A stretch of DNA of 64,000 nucleotides from Bacillota bacterium (lineage in GTDB: Bacteria; Bacillota_I; Bacilli_A; RFN20; CAG-826), in assembly GCA_030834445.1 (NCBI GenBank), contig JAURFC010000001.1:22544-86543 (forward strand), written 5' to 3'. Both the position numbers and the translations under genes were made by a program. Shown here in pieces: positions 51,068 to 61,188 of this stretch; within the stretch, counting starts at the first letter, position 1; the number at the start of each line of letters is the position of its first letter. A model generated the notes under the pieces. The model made no database searches, was not told where the DNA came from, and worked only from the letters and a program-made list of their open reading frames with translations.

Positions 51068-52362
51068 ACATTTTATCGATTATCGAGCATAAGGCGAACG
51101 GCGATATTTTAACCCACGAAGAAATTCGTTATTTTATTGATCACTACGTGAATGGATCGATCCCTGATTATCAAATGGCCAGCTTACTCATGGCCATTAA
51201 ATTAAAGGGCATGAATGCTCAAGAAACGTCAGATTTAACCCTCGCGATGGTTCACAGCGGTGAAACCATTGATTTATCCGCGATTGAAGGTGTAAAAGTG
51301 GATAAGCATTCTACCGGGGGTGTTGGTGATAAAACATCGCTGGTGGTCGGTCCTCTTGTCGCTAGTCTTGGTTTAAAACTCGCCAAAATGTCTGGTAAAG
51401 GATTAGGTCATACGGGCGGTACGATTGATAAACTCGAATCCATTCCGGGGTTAACCACCGCCTTAACACAAACCCAATTTATTCAGCAAGTACAAACGGT
51501 GGGTATGGCCATTATTGGTCAAACCAATGCCCTTGTTCCTGCGGATAAACTCCTTTATGCCTTACGGGATGTCACCGGAACCGTACAATCCATCCCTCTG
51601 ATTGCTTCTTCGATCATGAGTAAAAAAATCGCGTCTGGTGCACAAACGATTTTACTTGATGTGAAATATGGCAATGGCGCATTTATGAAAACGGTAGATG
51701 ATGCCAAAGTGCTTGCACGTGCCATGGTCGATATTGGTAAAGCACTCGGTCGCGATACGCGTGCCTTGCTTTCTGATATGAATCAACCTTTAGGCTTGGC
51801 CATTGGCAATCGCCTAGAAGTGAAAGAAGCCATGGCGACCTTAAAGGGTCAAGGACCTCATGATTTTACCCAATTATGTGTCGAAGCGGCGGCGGTGATT
51901 GCGATTCAAGCCGGCTTATATTCAGATTTAATGGTTGCAAAAGAGGCGGTTAAAAACCAACTTCAATCCGGTCGTGCCTTGACGATTTTTAACCAGTTTA
52001 TTCAGGCACAAGGCGGCGATTTAAACGCCTTTAATAATCCAAATCTTCATCACGTTAATGTCATAAAACCCATTCTCGCCACCTCTTCAGGTATCCTTCA
52101 TGCGGTGGAGGCGTTACCGTTAGGCTTACTTTCGGTTGATCTTGGCGCAGGACGACAGACCAAAGCCGATGTGATTGATTTTAATGCAGGCATTGTTTTA
52201 CACGTTAAGCCAGGCGATACCGTACAAAAAGGGGATACCCTCTGTATGCTTTACACGAATAAACCCTGGGTGGCATCATGGGAAGCAACCGCCCGTGAAG
52301 CTTTTCACCTTCAAAAGGAAGCGTATCACGCCCCGCATGATGCGTTTATCATGATAGAATAA
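51064..52362 (+). CDS. pdp: pyrimidine-nucleoside (thymidine) phosphorylase
   Basis: 432 aa. HSTGGVGDKTSL and GHTGGTIDKLESIPG motifs. Confidence 0.9.
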   Translation: MNILSIIEHKANGDILTHEEIRYFIDHYVNGSIPDYQMASLLMAIKLKGMNAQETSDLTLAMVHSGETIDLSAIEGVKVDKHSTGGVGDKTSLVVGPLVASLGLKLAKMSGKGLGHTGGTIDKLESIPGLTTALTQTQFIQQVQTVGMAIIGQTNALVPADKLLYALRDVTGTVQSIPLIASSIMSKKIASGAQTILLDVKYGNGAFMKTVDDAKVLARAMVDIGKALGRDTRALLSDMNQPLGLAIGNRLEVKEAMATLKGQGPHDFTQLCVEAAAVIAIQAGLYSDLMVAKEAVKNQLQSGRALTIFNQFIQAQGGDLNAFNNPNLHHVNVIKPILATSSGILHAVEALPLGLLSVDLGAGRQTKADVIDFNAGIVLHVKPGDTVQKGDTLCMLYTNKPWVASWEATAREAFHLQKEAYHAPHDAFIMIE

Positions 52363-52367
52363 CATCA

Positions 52368-52805
52368 ATGCGTCTCGTTCTCCAAACCATTGAAAAAGCG
52401 ACTCTTACCGTCCCACACAATCCGAAGGTCTCTGTTAAAAAAGGATTAATCGTTTATGTGGGATTTTCGCATGGCGATACCCTTGAAATCCTTCCCAAAA
52501 TGGTTGATAAACTTCTTCATTTACGTATTTTTCCCGATGATCAAGGAAAAACGAATTGGACACTTGATCAACATCAAGGTCACCTCTTACTTGTCCCTAA
52601 TTTCACCTTATATGGCGATGTGTCCTCTTCGCGTCGCCCTAGTTTTTCGCATTGTTTACCTCCGAAAGAGGCTACCCTCCTTTTTCAACAGTTCGTCGCC
52701 TTATGCCAAGACAAGCGACCGGGAACCCAAGCAGGATATTTTGGGGAAGATATGCACATTGAGGTCGTCCATCAAGGTCCGTTTACCATGGTTATTGAAG
52801 TATGA
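52368..52805 (+). CDS. dtd: D-aminoacyl-tRNA deacylase
   Basis: 145 aa, ending with the QGPFT motif. N-terminus MRLVLQTIE. Confidence 0.85.
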   Translation: MRLVLQTIEKATLTVPHNPKVSVKKGLIVYVGFSHGDTLEILPKMVDKLLHLRIFPDDQGKTNWTLDQHQGHLLLVPNFTLYGDVSSSRRPSFSHCLPPKEATLLFQQFVALCQDKRPGTQAGYFGEDMHIEVVHQGPFTMVIEV

Positions 52806-53932
52806 AACCACGCGTGATGATTGGTTTAAGTGGCGGGGTGGATTCTGCCGTCGCCGCTTATGTATTAAAACAACAAGGCTATGATGTCATTGCCGGTTTT
52901 ATGCGTAATTGGGATGCCTTTGCGAATAACGATATGCTTGGAAATCCCACGTTGCGTGATCCCATGTGTCCACAAGAAGTTGATTTTGAAGATGCAGAAA
53001 AAGTGGCCAAAGCCCTTGATATTCCCTTATTCCGAATCGATTTTATTCAAGAGTATTGGGACCATGTTTTTACGTACTTTTTAAAAGAATACGAACTCGG
53101 TCGCACACCGAATCCGGATATCTTTTGTAACAAATACATTAAATTTGATGCCTTTTTAGCGTTTGCCAAATCCCATGGAGCCTCGCTTATTGCCATGGGG
53201 CATTATGCAGGACGCGTGGACCGTGATGGAATCGCGTGGATGGAAATGTCCGCCGATGAAAATAAAGATCAAACGTATTTTTTATCGCAACTTTCTCAAC
53301 AGCAATTAACGTCCACCCTTTTTCCGATTGCCCACATGCCCAAAGCAGAAGTACGGGCCATTGCCAAAAAGTTAAATCTTATTGTCGCCGATAAAAAAGA
53401 TTCAACCGGGGTTTGTTTTATTGGCGAACGTCACTTCAAGGATTTCTTAAAAAACTATATTCCTGCGCAACCCGGTGTCATGATTGATAAAGCTTCCCAA
53501 ACCGTCGTGGGTGAACACGAAGGGGTGTTTTATTACACGATTGGTCAACGCAAAGGGCTTAACATTGGGGGTTCTACACGTTTTGCAAGCTTACCGTGGT
53601 TTGTGGTGGAAAAAGATGTCAAACGCAATATTTTATATGTTGCACAAGGCGAAGATAATGCCTATTTACTTGCCGACACCATTACCGTCAACACCTTAAA
53701 TTGGATCAGTGAAAAACCGAAGGTCGGTGACACCATCATGGCCCGTTTTCGCCACCGTCAACCGTTATTACCGGTTACGATTACGTCTTTAACCGATGAA
53801 TCCATGACCTTAATCTTTCCTAAACCCTATAAAGCGTTAACACCAGGTCAAGGAGCGGTTTTATACTTGCCACCTTATTGCTTGGGTGGAGGACTCATTA
53901 ACGAAGTTTTTTATCAAGGGCATAAGCGTTAA
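52802..53932 (+). CDS. mnmA: tRNA-specific 2-thiouridylase
   Basis: PP-loop IGLSGGVDSAVAA, 376 aa. Confidence 0.9.
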   Translation: MKPRVMIGLSGGVDSAVAAYVLKQQGYDVIAGFMRNWDAFANNDMLGNPTLRDPMCPQEVDFEDAEKVAKALDIPLFRIDFIQEYWDHVFTYFLKEYELGRTPNPDIFCNKYIKFDAFLAFAKSHGASLIAMGHYAGRVDRDGIAWMEMSADENKDQTYFLSQLSQQQLTSTLFPIAHMPKAEVRAIAKKLNLIVADKKDSTGVCFIGERHFKDFLKNYIPAQPGVMIDKASQTVVGEHEGVFYYTIGQRKGLNIGGSTRFASLPWFVVEKDVKRNILYVAQGEDNAYLLADTITVNTLNWISEKPKVGDTIMARFRHRQPLLPVTITSLTDESMTLIFPKPYKALTPGQGAVLYLPPYCLGGGLINEVFYQGHKR

Positions 53933-53941
53933 TGTTATAAT
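53911..53941 (+). promoter_or_regulatory. putative promoter for the alaS leader (TTATCA-N16-TGtTATAAT)
   Basis: The extended -10 tgttataat lies immediately after the mnmA stop. Confidence 0.45.
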
Positions 53942-53956
53942 ACTTACGAAGCCAAT

Positions 53957-54143
53957 TTTGGAACGTATTTAGTAAAGCGACAACGAACCAGTGCAAGCGT
54001 TGAAATACCCCAAAAGCGCCACTTCCTCGATGCAGTGAATGCCTGCCGTAGCATCGGCGTTAACGATGAAAAAAGGTTGTGAAAATCACAACAAAATAGG
54101 ATGGTACCACGATTGATTCGTTCCTTGAGGGTACTTTTTTTTA
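53957..54143 (+). promoter_or_regulatory. T-box riboswitch leader of alaS
   Basis: Conserved T-box sequence AAAUAGGAUGGUACCACG (consensus AAUUAGGGUGGUACCGCG). Terminator helix GTACC...GGTAC plus a U8 run ending about 20 nt before the alaS RBS. GCC codons (53951, 54021) are candidate specifiers. Confidence 0.65.
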
Positions 54144-54160
54144 TTTAAAGGAGAGACGAG

Positions 54161-56749
54161 ATGAAACCATTAACCGGACAACAAATTCGCACGATGTGGC
54201 TTGATTTTTTTGTGAGTAAAGGCCACGTCACCATTCCTTCTGCTAATTTAATTCCGTTTCAAGATCCCACCTTACTTTGGATTAATTCAGGGGTTGCAGC
54301 GATAAAAAAATACTTTGATGGCAGTGAAATTCCTTCCCATCGCCGTTTAACGAATGCTCAAAAAAGTTTACGAACGAACGATATCGAACAAGTCGGGTAC
54401 ACCGCCCGTCATCATACGTTTTTTGAAATGTTAGGCAATTTCTCCATTGGGGATTATTTCCGTGATGAGGTGATTCCGTGGGCTTGGGAACTCTTAACAA
54501 GTCCAAAATGGTTTGCACTCGATCCTAAAAAACTTTTTATGACGTACAGTCCTTTGGATGAGGCTACTAAAAAGAAGTGGTTACAATGTGGTGTGGATGA
54601 AGCCCATTTAATTCCTCTTGAAGGCAACTTTTGGGAGATTGGTGAAGGTCCGTGTGGTCCTGATACGGAAATCTTTTTTGATCGGGGTGAAGCATTTGAC
54701 CCCCAAAAATTAGGTGTCGAATTACTGCGTCAAGAAATCAACAACGATCGTTACATTGAAATTTGGAACATTGTTTTTTCGCAATTTAACGCGGTGACTG
54801 GTGTCAAACGTGAACTCTATAAAGAACTACCGAGTAAAAACATTGATACCGGTGCGGGCTTAGAACGCTTAGCGTGTGTCATGCAAGGTACCGAAACCAA
54901 CTTTGAAACCGATTTATTTTTTCCGATAATTCAACATGTTCAATCGTTAACCGATGTTGCGTATCAAGGCAACAATGTCCGGTCTTATCGCGTGATTGCT
55001 GATCACATTCGCACCTTAACGGTCACGTTAGCCGATGGTGCGGTCTTCTCTAATGAAGGTCGGGGGTATGTTTTACGTCGGATTTTACGCCGTGCGTTAC
55101 GATATGGACGTAAACTTGACTTATTAACCCCATTTTTATCAAGCCTCGTAAAAACCGCAGTTGCCATCCTTCAAGACGCCTATCCGAATGTGTTAGCCCG
55201 ACAAATCTTGATTGAAAAAATGATTCATCAAGAAGAACTCAAATTTATATCTACCTTAAATCATGGCGAATCGTTATTAAAATCAATGCTGGAAAAACAA
55301 CCGACGTTATCCGGTCACGATGCCTTTAAACTTTATGACACGTTTGGTTTTCCCATTGAACTCACCTTAGAAATTGCGCAAGAACAAGGGCAAAGCGTGG
55401 ATATGGAAGCGTTTAACCTAGCGATGCAAGAACAAAAAGAACGCGCCCGTCAAGCGCGAGCCCATGTCGATAGCATGGCGAAACAATCCCCTGCCTTAAT
55501 GGCGTTTTCTATGCCCACTCGTTTTGATTATGATGCCGTCACCTTAGAAGCCACAGTCATTGGGTTATTCGTGGATGGAGAAGCGGTTAACGAACTCGAA
55601 GAAGGTTGGGTTTTGTTAGATCAAACTCCTTTTTATGCGGAAAGTGGTGGTCAGATTAGTGATGTCGGCAGCTTACGTCACGCCACGATGGAAGCGCGTG
55701 TTCATAACGTTCAAAAAGCACCCCAAAAGCAACCCATGCACTTGATTCAATGTGATTATGGATCTATTAAGCTTGGGGATAAAGTCATCGCAACCATTGA
55801 CACCAAGCGTCGGTATGCGATTCGCCAACATCACTCGGCGGTGCACTTACTTCAAGCATCTTTAAAACGGCATATTGGGGATCATGTCTTACAACAAGGT
55901 TCGTTTGTGGGTCCTGATTATGCCCGATTTGACTTTTCTCAACCTGAAAAAATTCAAGAAGAAACGTTACGAATCATTGAAGCGGATGTCAATGAAATGA
56001 TTCAAGACGCGGTCGATAGTACCACCGAAATCTTACCCATTGACGAAGCCAAAAAAACAGGCGCAACCGCCCCCTTTGATGAAAAATATGGGGACATGGT
56101 TCGCATTGTAACCCTTGGTCCTCGTTCGAAAGAATTTTGTGGCGGAACACACATCAAAAATACGGCAGAAATTGGTGCCTTTGCGATTGTGTCTGAAGAA
56201 TCGATTGCCGCTGGGGTTCGCCGCATTCAAGTCGTCGCTGGTAAAGCAGCTTATGCCCACATGAAACAAAAAGAACTCATGTTAGCCTCAATTCAACACC
56301 AATTACAAGCGAGTTCACCCGTTGAAATTCGTGATCGCTTGAAAGCACTTATCCAAGAAAAAGAAACGTTAAAATCGACCGTTTCCATCTTGGAAAAACA
56401 ACAAATTAAGGGTCTTATCGCTTCCTTAACCATAACATCCTCCCCTCTCCCGTATCTTGCGGTTAATGTCGGATCTTTGTCACGAAATTTATTGGGTCAA
56501 GTGATGGATGAATTAAAAGTTAAATATCCCGAATCCATCTTAGTTTTGATGGCCGAAGACCATGGGCAATTCCCGCTTGTCATTTATGTCCATCCCCGTT
56601 ATCAAACCCCAACTCGTAAGGCCGGATTATGGATGAAAAAACTTGCGACCGCGATGGGCGGTTCCGGTGGAGGCCGCCAGGATTTAGCGTTTGGTTCGGG
56701 TAAACTAAAAATTGATCTTAGCAAATGGATCAAGGAAAATCTTGAATGA
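54161..56749 (+). CDS. alaS: alanine--tRNA ligase
   Basis: 862 aa with class II core, editing domain (HSAVHLL) and C-terminal DHHA1 region. GGAGAG RBS. Confidence 0.95.
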   Translation: MKPLTGQQIRTMWLDFFVSKGHVTIPSANLIPFQDPTLLWINSGVAAIKKYFDGSEIPSHRRLTNAQKSLRTNDIEQVGYTARHHTFFEMLGNFSIGDYFRDEVIPWAWELLTSPKWFALDPKKLFMTYSPLDEATKKKWLQCGVDEAHLIPLEGNFWEIGEGPCGPDTEIFFDRGEAFDPQKLGVELLRQEINNDRYIEIWNIVFSQFNAVTGVKRELYKELPSKNIDTGAGLERLACVMQGTETNFETDLFFPIIQHVQSLTDVAYQGNNVRSYRVIADHIRTLTVTLADGAVFSNEGRGYVLRRILRRALRYGRKLDLLTPFLSSLVKTAVAILQDAYPNVLARQILIEKMIHQEELKFISTLNHGESLLKSMLEKQPTLSGHDAFKLYDTFGFPIELTLEIAQEQGQSVDMEAFNLAMQEQKERARQARAHVDSMAKQSPALMAFSMPTRFDYDAVTLEATVIGLFVDGEAVNELEEGWVLLDQTPFYAESGGQISDVGSLRHATMEARVHNVQKAPQKQPMHLIQCDYGSIKLGDKVIATIDTKRRYAIRQHHSAVHLLQASLKRHIGDHVLQQGSFVGPDYARFDFSQPEKIQEETLRIIEADVNEMIQDAVDSTTEILPIDEAKKTGATAPFDEKYGDMVRIVTLGPRSKEFCGGTHIKNTAEIGAFAIVSEESIAAGVRRIQVVAGKAAYAHMKQKELMLASIQHQLQASSPVEIRDRLKALIQEKETLKSTVSILEKQQIKGLIASLTITSSPLPYLAVNVGSLSRNLLGQVMDELKVKYPESILVLMAEDHGQFPLVIYVHPRYQTPTRKAGLWMKKLATAMGGSGGGRQDLAFGSGKLKIDLSKWIKENLE

Positions 56750-57171
56750 TTCCCTTTCCCTACTTAAGTTTTGATCTCGGCAAAAAGCGAATTGGCGTTG
56801 CCACCAAAAATCGTATTGGAATTATCACACCGTTACCCACGCTTTTTGTTCAAGGTCCCTTTCCGTTATTTTGGGAGAAACACCTACCCATGCTTCTTGA
56901 AAAATATATGCCAAAAGGTTTACTTTTTGGCGTTCCCCTTCAACCCAATGGTGAACCTTCTGAACAAACGCTCTGGGTAGAAAGTATTATTGAACAAACC
57001 AAAGGGTTAACCAACCTTCCCATTGCAACCGTTGGGGAGTTGCTTACCTCGGTGGAAGCGCATGAGCGTTTATTTGAAATGGGCATCCCCAGTAAAAAAC
57101 ATAAAGCGTATGTCGATTCCATCGCGGCACAAATAATTGCCGAAACGTATGAGAACAAACAAAAATCATAG
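56746..57171 (+). CDS. ruvX: YqgF/RuvX Holliday-junction resolvase-like pre-16S rRNA nuclease
   Basis: 141 aa. N-terminus LSFDLGKKRIGVATKN. Conserved position after alaS. Confidence 0.8.
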   Translation: MIPFPYLSFDLGKKRIGVATKNRIGIITPLPTLFVQGPFPLFWEKHLPMLLEKYMPKGLLFGVPLQPNGEPSEQTLWVESIIEQTKGLTNLPIATVGELLTSVEAHERLFEMGIPSKKHKAYVDSIAAQIIAETYENKQKS

Positions 57172-57225
57172 TATTTTACCAAAATCCTTGTTAAAATAGA
57201 CAAGCACGAAAAAAGGAGTCGATCC

Positions 57226-57693
57226 ATGGAAGAAAAAATTCAATTAACGCGCGAAGGGTATGACAAACTCAACGCCGAATTACGTAATCTTATCGATGTC
57301 ATCCGCCCGGAAGTCATCGAACAACTTGCCTATGCACGTTCGTTAGGTGATTTATCAGAAAACGCTGATTATGACGCGGCAAAAGCTCGCCAAGCAGATG
57401 TTGAACAACGCATCCAACAACTCGAAGACATTTTAGCGAATGCGACGATCATTGAAGAAGTGAACACGAGCACCAAGGTTGTCAGTTTTGGTCGCACCGT
57501 GACGTTAAAAAACTTAACCAATTCAAAAACGTATACGTTTAAAATTGTTGGTACTCACGAAACGAATCCCTCTGAAGGCACGATTTCTAATGCCTCCCCA
57601 TTAGGTGAAGCCATCATGGGAGCAAAAATCAATGATAAAGTTACGGTTAAAGCACCTAAACCGTATCAAGTTCAAGTTCTTAAAGTCGAATAA
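57226..57693 (+). CDS. greA: transcription elongation factor GreA
   Basis: 155 aa. N-terminal coiled-coil (LTREGYDKLNAELRNL) and C-terminal FKBP-like domain. AAGGAG RBS. Confidence 0.9.
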   Translation: MEEKIQLTREGYDKLNAELRNLIDVIRPEVIEQLAYARSLGDLSENADYDAAKARQADVEQRIQQLEDILANATIIEEVNTSTKVVSFGRTVTLKNLTNSKTYTFKIVGTHETNPSEGTISNASPLGEAIMGAKINDKVTVKAPKPYQVQVLKVE

Positions 57694-57717
57694 GATTTTT
57701 ACCGTCTAATTATTCCC

Positions 57718-57749
57718 AACCTCCCCTATTACTAGGTGGAGGTTTTTTT
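57718..57749 (+). terminator. greA terminator whose 3' arm also supplies the comEA RBS
   Basis: aacctcc...ggaggtt followed by ttttttt, immediately ahead of ATG 57750. Confidence 0.55.
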
Positions 57750-58274
57750 ATGTTTAAAGTCATTCTAGGTGTTCTATTTTTTACGATTATTTCGCTTGTC
57801 ATGTTTGTGAATTTAGATCCGAATATTTCTCAATCCTTGTCCGCATCATCCCTGGTGAGTGGGTATGCTTCGATTACCTTAACGGGTGAAGTGATTAAGC
57901 CAGGGACGTATCTCATGGATGAAAATACACCGTTATCGTCAGCGTTAGGTTTTGCAGGAGGGACGACGATGAATGCGGATGAGCTTGCCTACTCAAGCAC
58001 GCTTATCCTTCAACCGGGAATGGCGATTTATATTGCCCCAAAATATGATCCCAGTGATGTTTGTCAAAAAGAACCGATTGCTAAAATTGGTTTAAATAGT
58101 GCCACCAGTCAAGAATTAACGCAATTATCCAATGTCGGTCAAAGTCTTGCCGAGGCCATCTTACAATACCGGCAACAAGAAGGATCCTTCACCTATTTAG
58201 AAGAAATCATGAATGTATCTGGCATTGGTAATGCGACCTTTGTTCGCATTCGTAATTACATCACCTTGATGTAA
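57750..58274 (+). CDS. comEA: competence protein ComEA (membrane-anchored DNA receptor, helix-hairpin-helix)
   Basis: N-terminal TM helix and C-terminal HhH (INSATSQELTQLSNVGQSLAEAILQYRQQEGSFTYLEEIMNVSGIG). Confidence 0.8.
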   Translation: MFKVILGVLFFTIISLVMFVNLDPNISQSLSASSLVSGYASITLTGEVIKPGTYLMDENTPLSSALGFAGGTTMNADELAYSSTLILQPGMAIYIAPKYDPSDVCQKEPIAKIGLNSATSQELTQLSNVGQSLAEAILQYRQQEGSFTYLEEIMNVSGIGNATFVRIRNYITLM

Positions 58275-60242
58275 ATGGAACTGGCGTACGTATTCCTTTG
58301 GAGTCTAGGGCAATGGTTGCTTTATCATGAGGGCGTTGGATGGTATTTTCTAGGTTTACTCATCCTTGTTTATCCTTTACGACGATGGTGGAAACCGATG
58401 GTCCCTCTTTATGTGGGATGGGGTGTCATTGGGATGGTATTTCTCATTCAAAGTGTCTTCAAGCAACCAACCTACCGCGTAGTTCAAGCACAACCGCATT
58501 ATGTCATTGTGGAGCGGGCGACAACCCGTTATTACATTAGCCAACCTGAGACATTATGGGAGGTTGGGGATTACCTTGTTTGCCCAACCTCTCCTAAGAA
58601 AGCGCCGTTACGCATGACGACCTATGAAGGAAACTTTGATTTTGCTTCGTATTTATCGTTTTATCATGTTCAAGCAGAACTGTATTGCGATTGGCAAATC
58701 GCGTCTTCCTCATGGTTTCGGCCGCTATCGTGGAAAACCAACACGTTATCCTCATGGCAACCTTCGATACAACCGTATGTAAGTGCCATCCTTTGGGACG
58801 ATAATTTAAGTAGTCAACCAGGTCTCGATAGTTTATATCTACTTTCGATTAGCGGCCTGGGTTGGTGGACTCTTTTACACGTCGTGGATACTTTTTTAAA
58901 ACCGCTTCTCCGGGATAAGCATCATCGTCTCGGCATGACGGTCTTCGTTTTTCTATATGGCGGATTGATGATCACGGAAGCGAGTCTTTTTCGGGTGAGT
59001 ATGAGTTATCTTATTCCTCGGTGGGTTCCTAAACCAGCCCAACCATGGGTTAAACGGTTCGGATATGGCGTTTATATGATGTTGTTCCCCTTTGCTTTTT
59101 TACATACTGGTTTTTTTATTTATGCTTGTTTTGTCCTTTACTACCGAAAAATTGTTCCAATAATACACCGATATCCCTGGTTTAAAAATTTGAGTTTTCT
59201 CATGTTTGTCTATTTGCTTCAAGCGGTATTTTTTCAACACATTGTTTTCTTACAACCGCTCATCTTACCGTTATGGCTCCTTTTATTACCCCCCTTATGG
59301 ATTGGCGCGTGGTTCGCGACAGGATGGGTGAGTTTTCAAAAAGGGTGGGAAACGATTACCCGGTTTGTTTTTTCTCGCCTCACAGAAATGGCATCATTTA
59401 GCCCTGTTTATTATGTGCGGTCGTTCGATACTTTATTTCAGTTTTTAGGTCTTATTTTGCTCCTCTTGTGGGTATGGAGTTTACGTCACCATGTGTTTCC
59501 TTGGCTCAAGGTATTCACCATGGTCACTATTCTTTTTGTGTTCGTCACACAAATTACGTGGGAAACGTGGGTATACCCCTTTCGCATTCATTTCATTAAT
59601 GTGGGACAAGGCGATGCAACCTTGATTACGATCCAGCAAAAGACCATCCTGATTGATACGGGGGGTTCTTTATACCGCGATCTTGCTTCAGACGTCTTAG
59701 TGCCTTATTTCCGAAGACAAGGCATTCAAGGCTTAAATCATGTCATTATCACCCACGATGATTTTGATCATGGTGGTGCTTTATCTTCTCTACAAAAACA
59801 AATCCCAATCGGTGAAATTCACCGTTTTGAATTTTCTCAACTTCATGGTCCTTCATGGCAACTTAAAAATCTCAATCTTTGGCAAGATGAAGCGAAAGAA
59901 GATAATGAAAATTCGCTCATATTATGGTTCCAATACGCCTCATGTCGGGTTTTAATTACTGGGGATGCCTCCGTAGCCTTAGAAGAACGTCTCTTGTTTT
60001 ATTCTCCTCTAAGAGGGTTAGACGTTTTACGTATTGGTCATCACGGTTCGAATACATCCACGAGTGATGCCTTTTTGAAATGGACTCAACCACGTTATGC
60101 GGTGATTTCCGTGGGAGGGGGAAATCGTTATGGCCATCCGCATACGGACGTGATTGATCGTTTAAACGCAGCAAACATTCCCATCTTTCGTACCGATTTT
60201 CATGGGACAATTGTCATGAACTCTTGTACAATAAAAACATGA
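58275..60242 (+). CDS. comEC: DNA internalisation competence protein ComEC/Rec2
   Basis: Polytopic membrane domain plus C-terminal metallo-beta-lactamase (ITHDDFDHGG). Confidence 0.85.
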   Translation: MELAYVFLWSLGQWLLYHEGVGWYFLGLLILVYPLRRWWKPMVPLYVGWGVIGMVFLIQSVFKQPTYRVVQAQPHYVIVERATTRYYISQPETLWEVGDYLVCPTSPKKAPLRMTTYEGNFDFASYLSFYHVQAELYCDWQIASSSWFRPLSWKTNTLSSWQPSIQPYVSAILWDDNLSSQPGLDSLYLLSISGLGWWTLLHVVDTFLKPLLRDKHHRLGMTVFVFLYGGLMITEASLFRVSMSYLIPRWVPKPAQPWVKRFGYGVYMMLFPFAFLHTGFFIYACFVLYYRKIVPIIHRYPWFKNLSFLMFVYLLQAVFFQHIVFLQPLILPLWLLLLPPLWIGAWFATGWVSFQKGWETITRFVFSRLTEMASFSPVYYVRSFDTLFQFLGLILLLLWVWSLRHHVFPWLKVFTMVTILFVFVTQITWETWVYPFRIHFINVGQGDATLITIQQKTILIDTGGSLYRDLASDVLVPYFRRQGIQGLNHVIITHDDFDHGGALSSLQKQIPIGEIHRFEFSQLHGPSWQLKNLNLWQDEAKEDNENSLILWFQYASCRVLITGDASVALEERLLFYSPLRGLDVLRIGHHGSNTSTSDAFLKWTQPRYAVISVGGGNRYGHPHTDVIDRLNAANIPIFRTDFHGTIVMNSCTIKT

Positions 60243-61186
60243 TTCGATTACTTCTTAGTCCCACACGTTATCAACAACAATTACAGTTATCGCTTTGGTT
60301 GAAGGATTATCCTGAAGATCAATGGGAGATTATGTCTATGGATGCTTTAACCACGACCATTCAAGATATTGTTCAAGAAGCCTACACCTTTACCTTATTA
60401 GGAAAACAGCGTCTTTTACTTATTCAAAATGCGTATTTTTTCACCTCTGTGCGTAAACCAAGCATCGATCAAGAACAAGATTTTGACGTATTTGAACAAC
60501 TGTTTCGTCAAACACTTGATTTACCGCACCTTATTTTTTTACTTGAAGAAGACGTCGATGGGAAAAATAAATGGGTCAAACTGATTAAACAATCCAACGA
60601 TGTCACCTTATTACCTGTCTTAAAAAAACAAGAATGGGCTCCTGTTCTCGAAAAAGCAATCCAGGAAAGAAAAATTCCCTGGGGTACTGGCGCCACATGG
60701 GCGTTAACCGAACGGTTATATCCGGATTTAGACCGCGCCATTAACGAGCTTGATAAATTACAATTACTGGGTGAAACGATTACAGAAAAACACATTCAAC
60801 GCTGGGTCCCTTTAACGTTAGAATCGAATGTCTTTGAACTGAGCAACGCGATATTAAAAGGCCAAATTAGAGAGGCTTTATCCATTTTTCGTGACTTAAG
60901 TTATCAACGCGTCGAACCGATCACCTTACTCACGTTAATGAGTCGCCAATTTCAAGGCATGGAAATTGTTTATGCCCTCGAAGAAAAAGGATTGTCGCCT
61001 ATCGCCATTGCTCAAGCACTTAATTGGCATGAGTACCGCGTAAAAGTATTATTGCAAGCCAAAAAGACATTTCCCTTATCACGTGTTGAAAATGCGGTAT
61101 CTTCGCTCGCGGACTTAGATTATCAAATTAAAAGTGGGCAAATAGATCGGATTCAAGCGTTTGAAATGTGGTTACTCAACGTTTAA
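60224..61186 (+). CDS. holA: DNA polymerase III delta subunit
   Basis: 320 aa, in the conserved position downstream of comEC in Firmicutes. Assigned on synteny, size and overall fit, not a hard motif. Confidence 0.65.
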   Translation: MYNKNMIRLLLSPTRYQQQLQLSLWLKDYPEDQWEIMSMDALTTTIQDIVQEAYTFTLLGKQRLLLIQNAYFFTSVRKPSIDQEQDFDVFEQLFRQTLDLPHLIFLLEEDVDGKNKWVKLIKQSNDVTLLPVLKKQEWAPVLEKAIQERKIPWGTGATWALTERLYPDLDRAINELDKLQLLGETITEKHIQRWVPLTLESNVFELSNAILKGQIREALSIFRDLSYQRVEPITLLTLMSRQFQGMEIVYALEEKGLSPIAIAQALNWHEYRVKVLLQAKKTFPLSRVENAVSSLADLDYQIKSGQIDRIQAFEMWLLNV

Positions 61187-61188
61187 TT

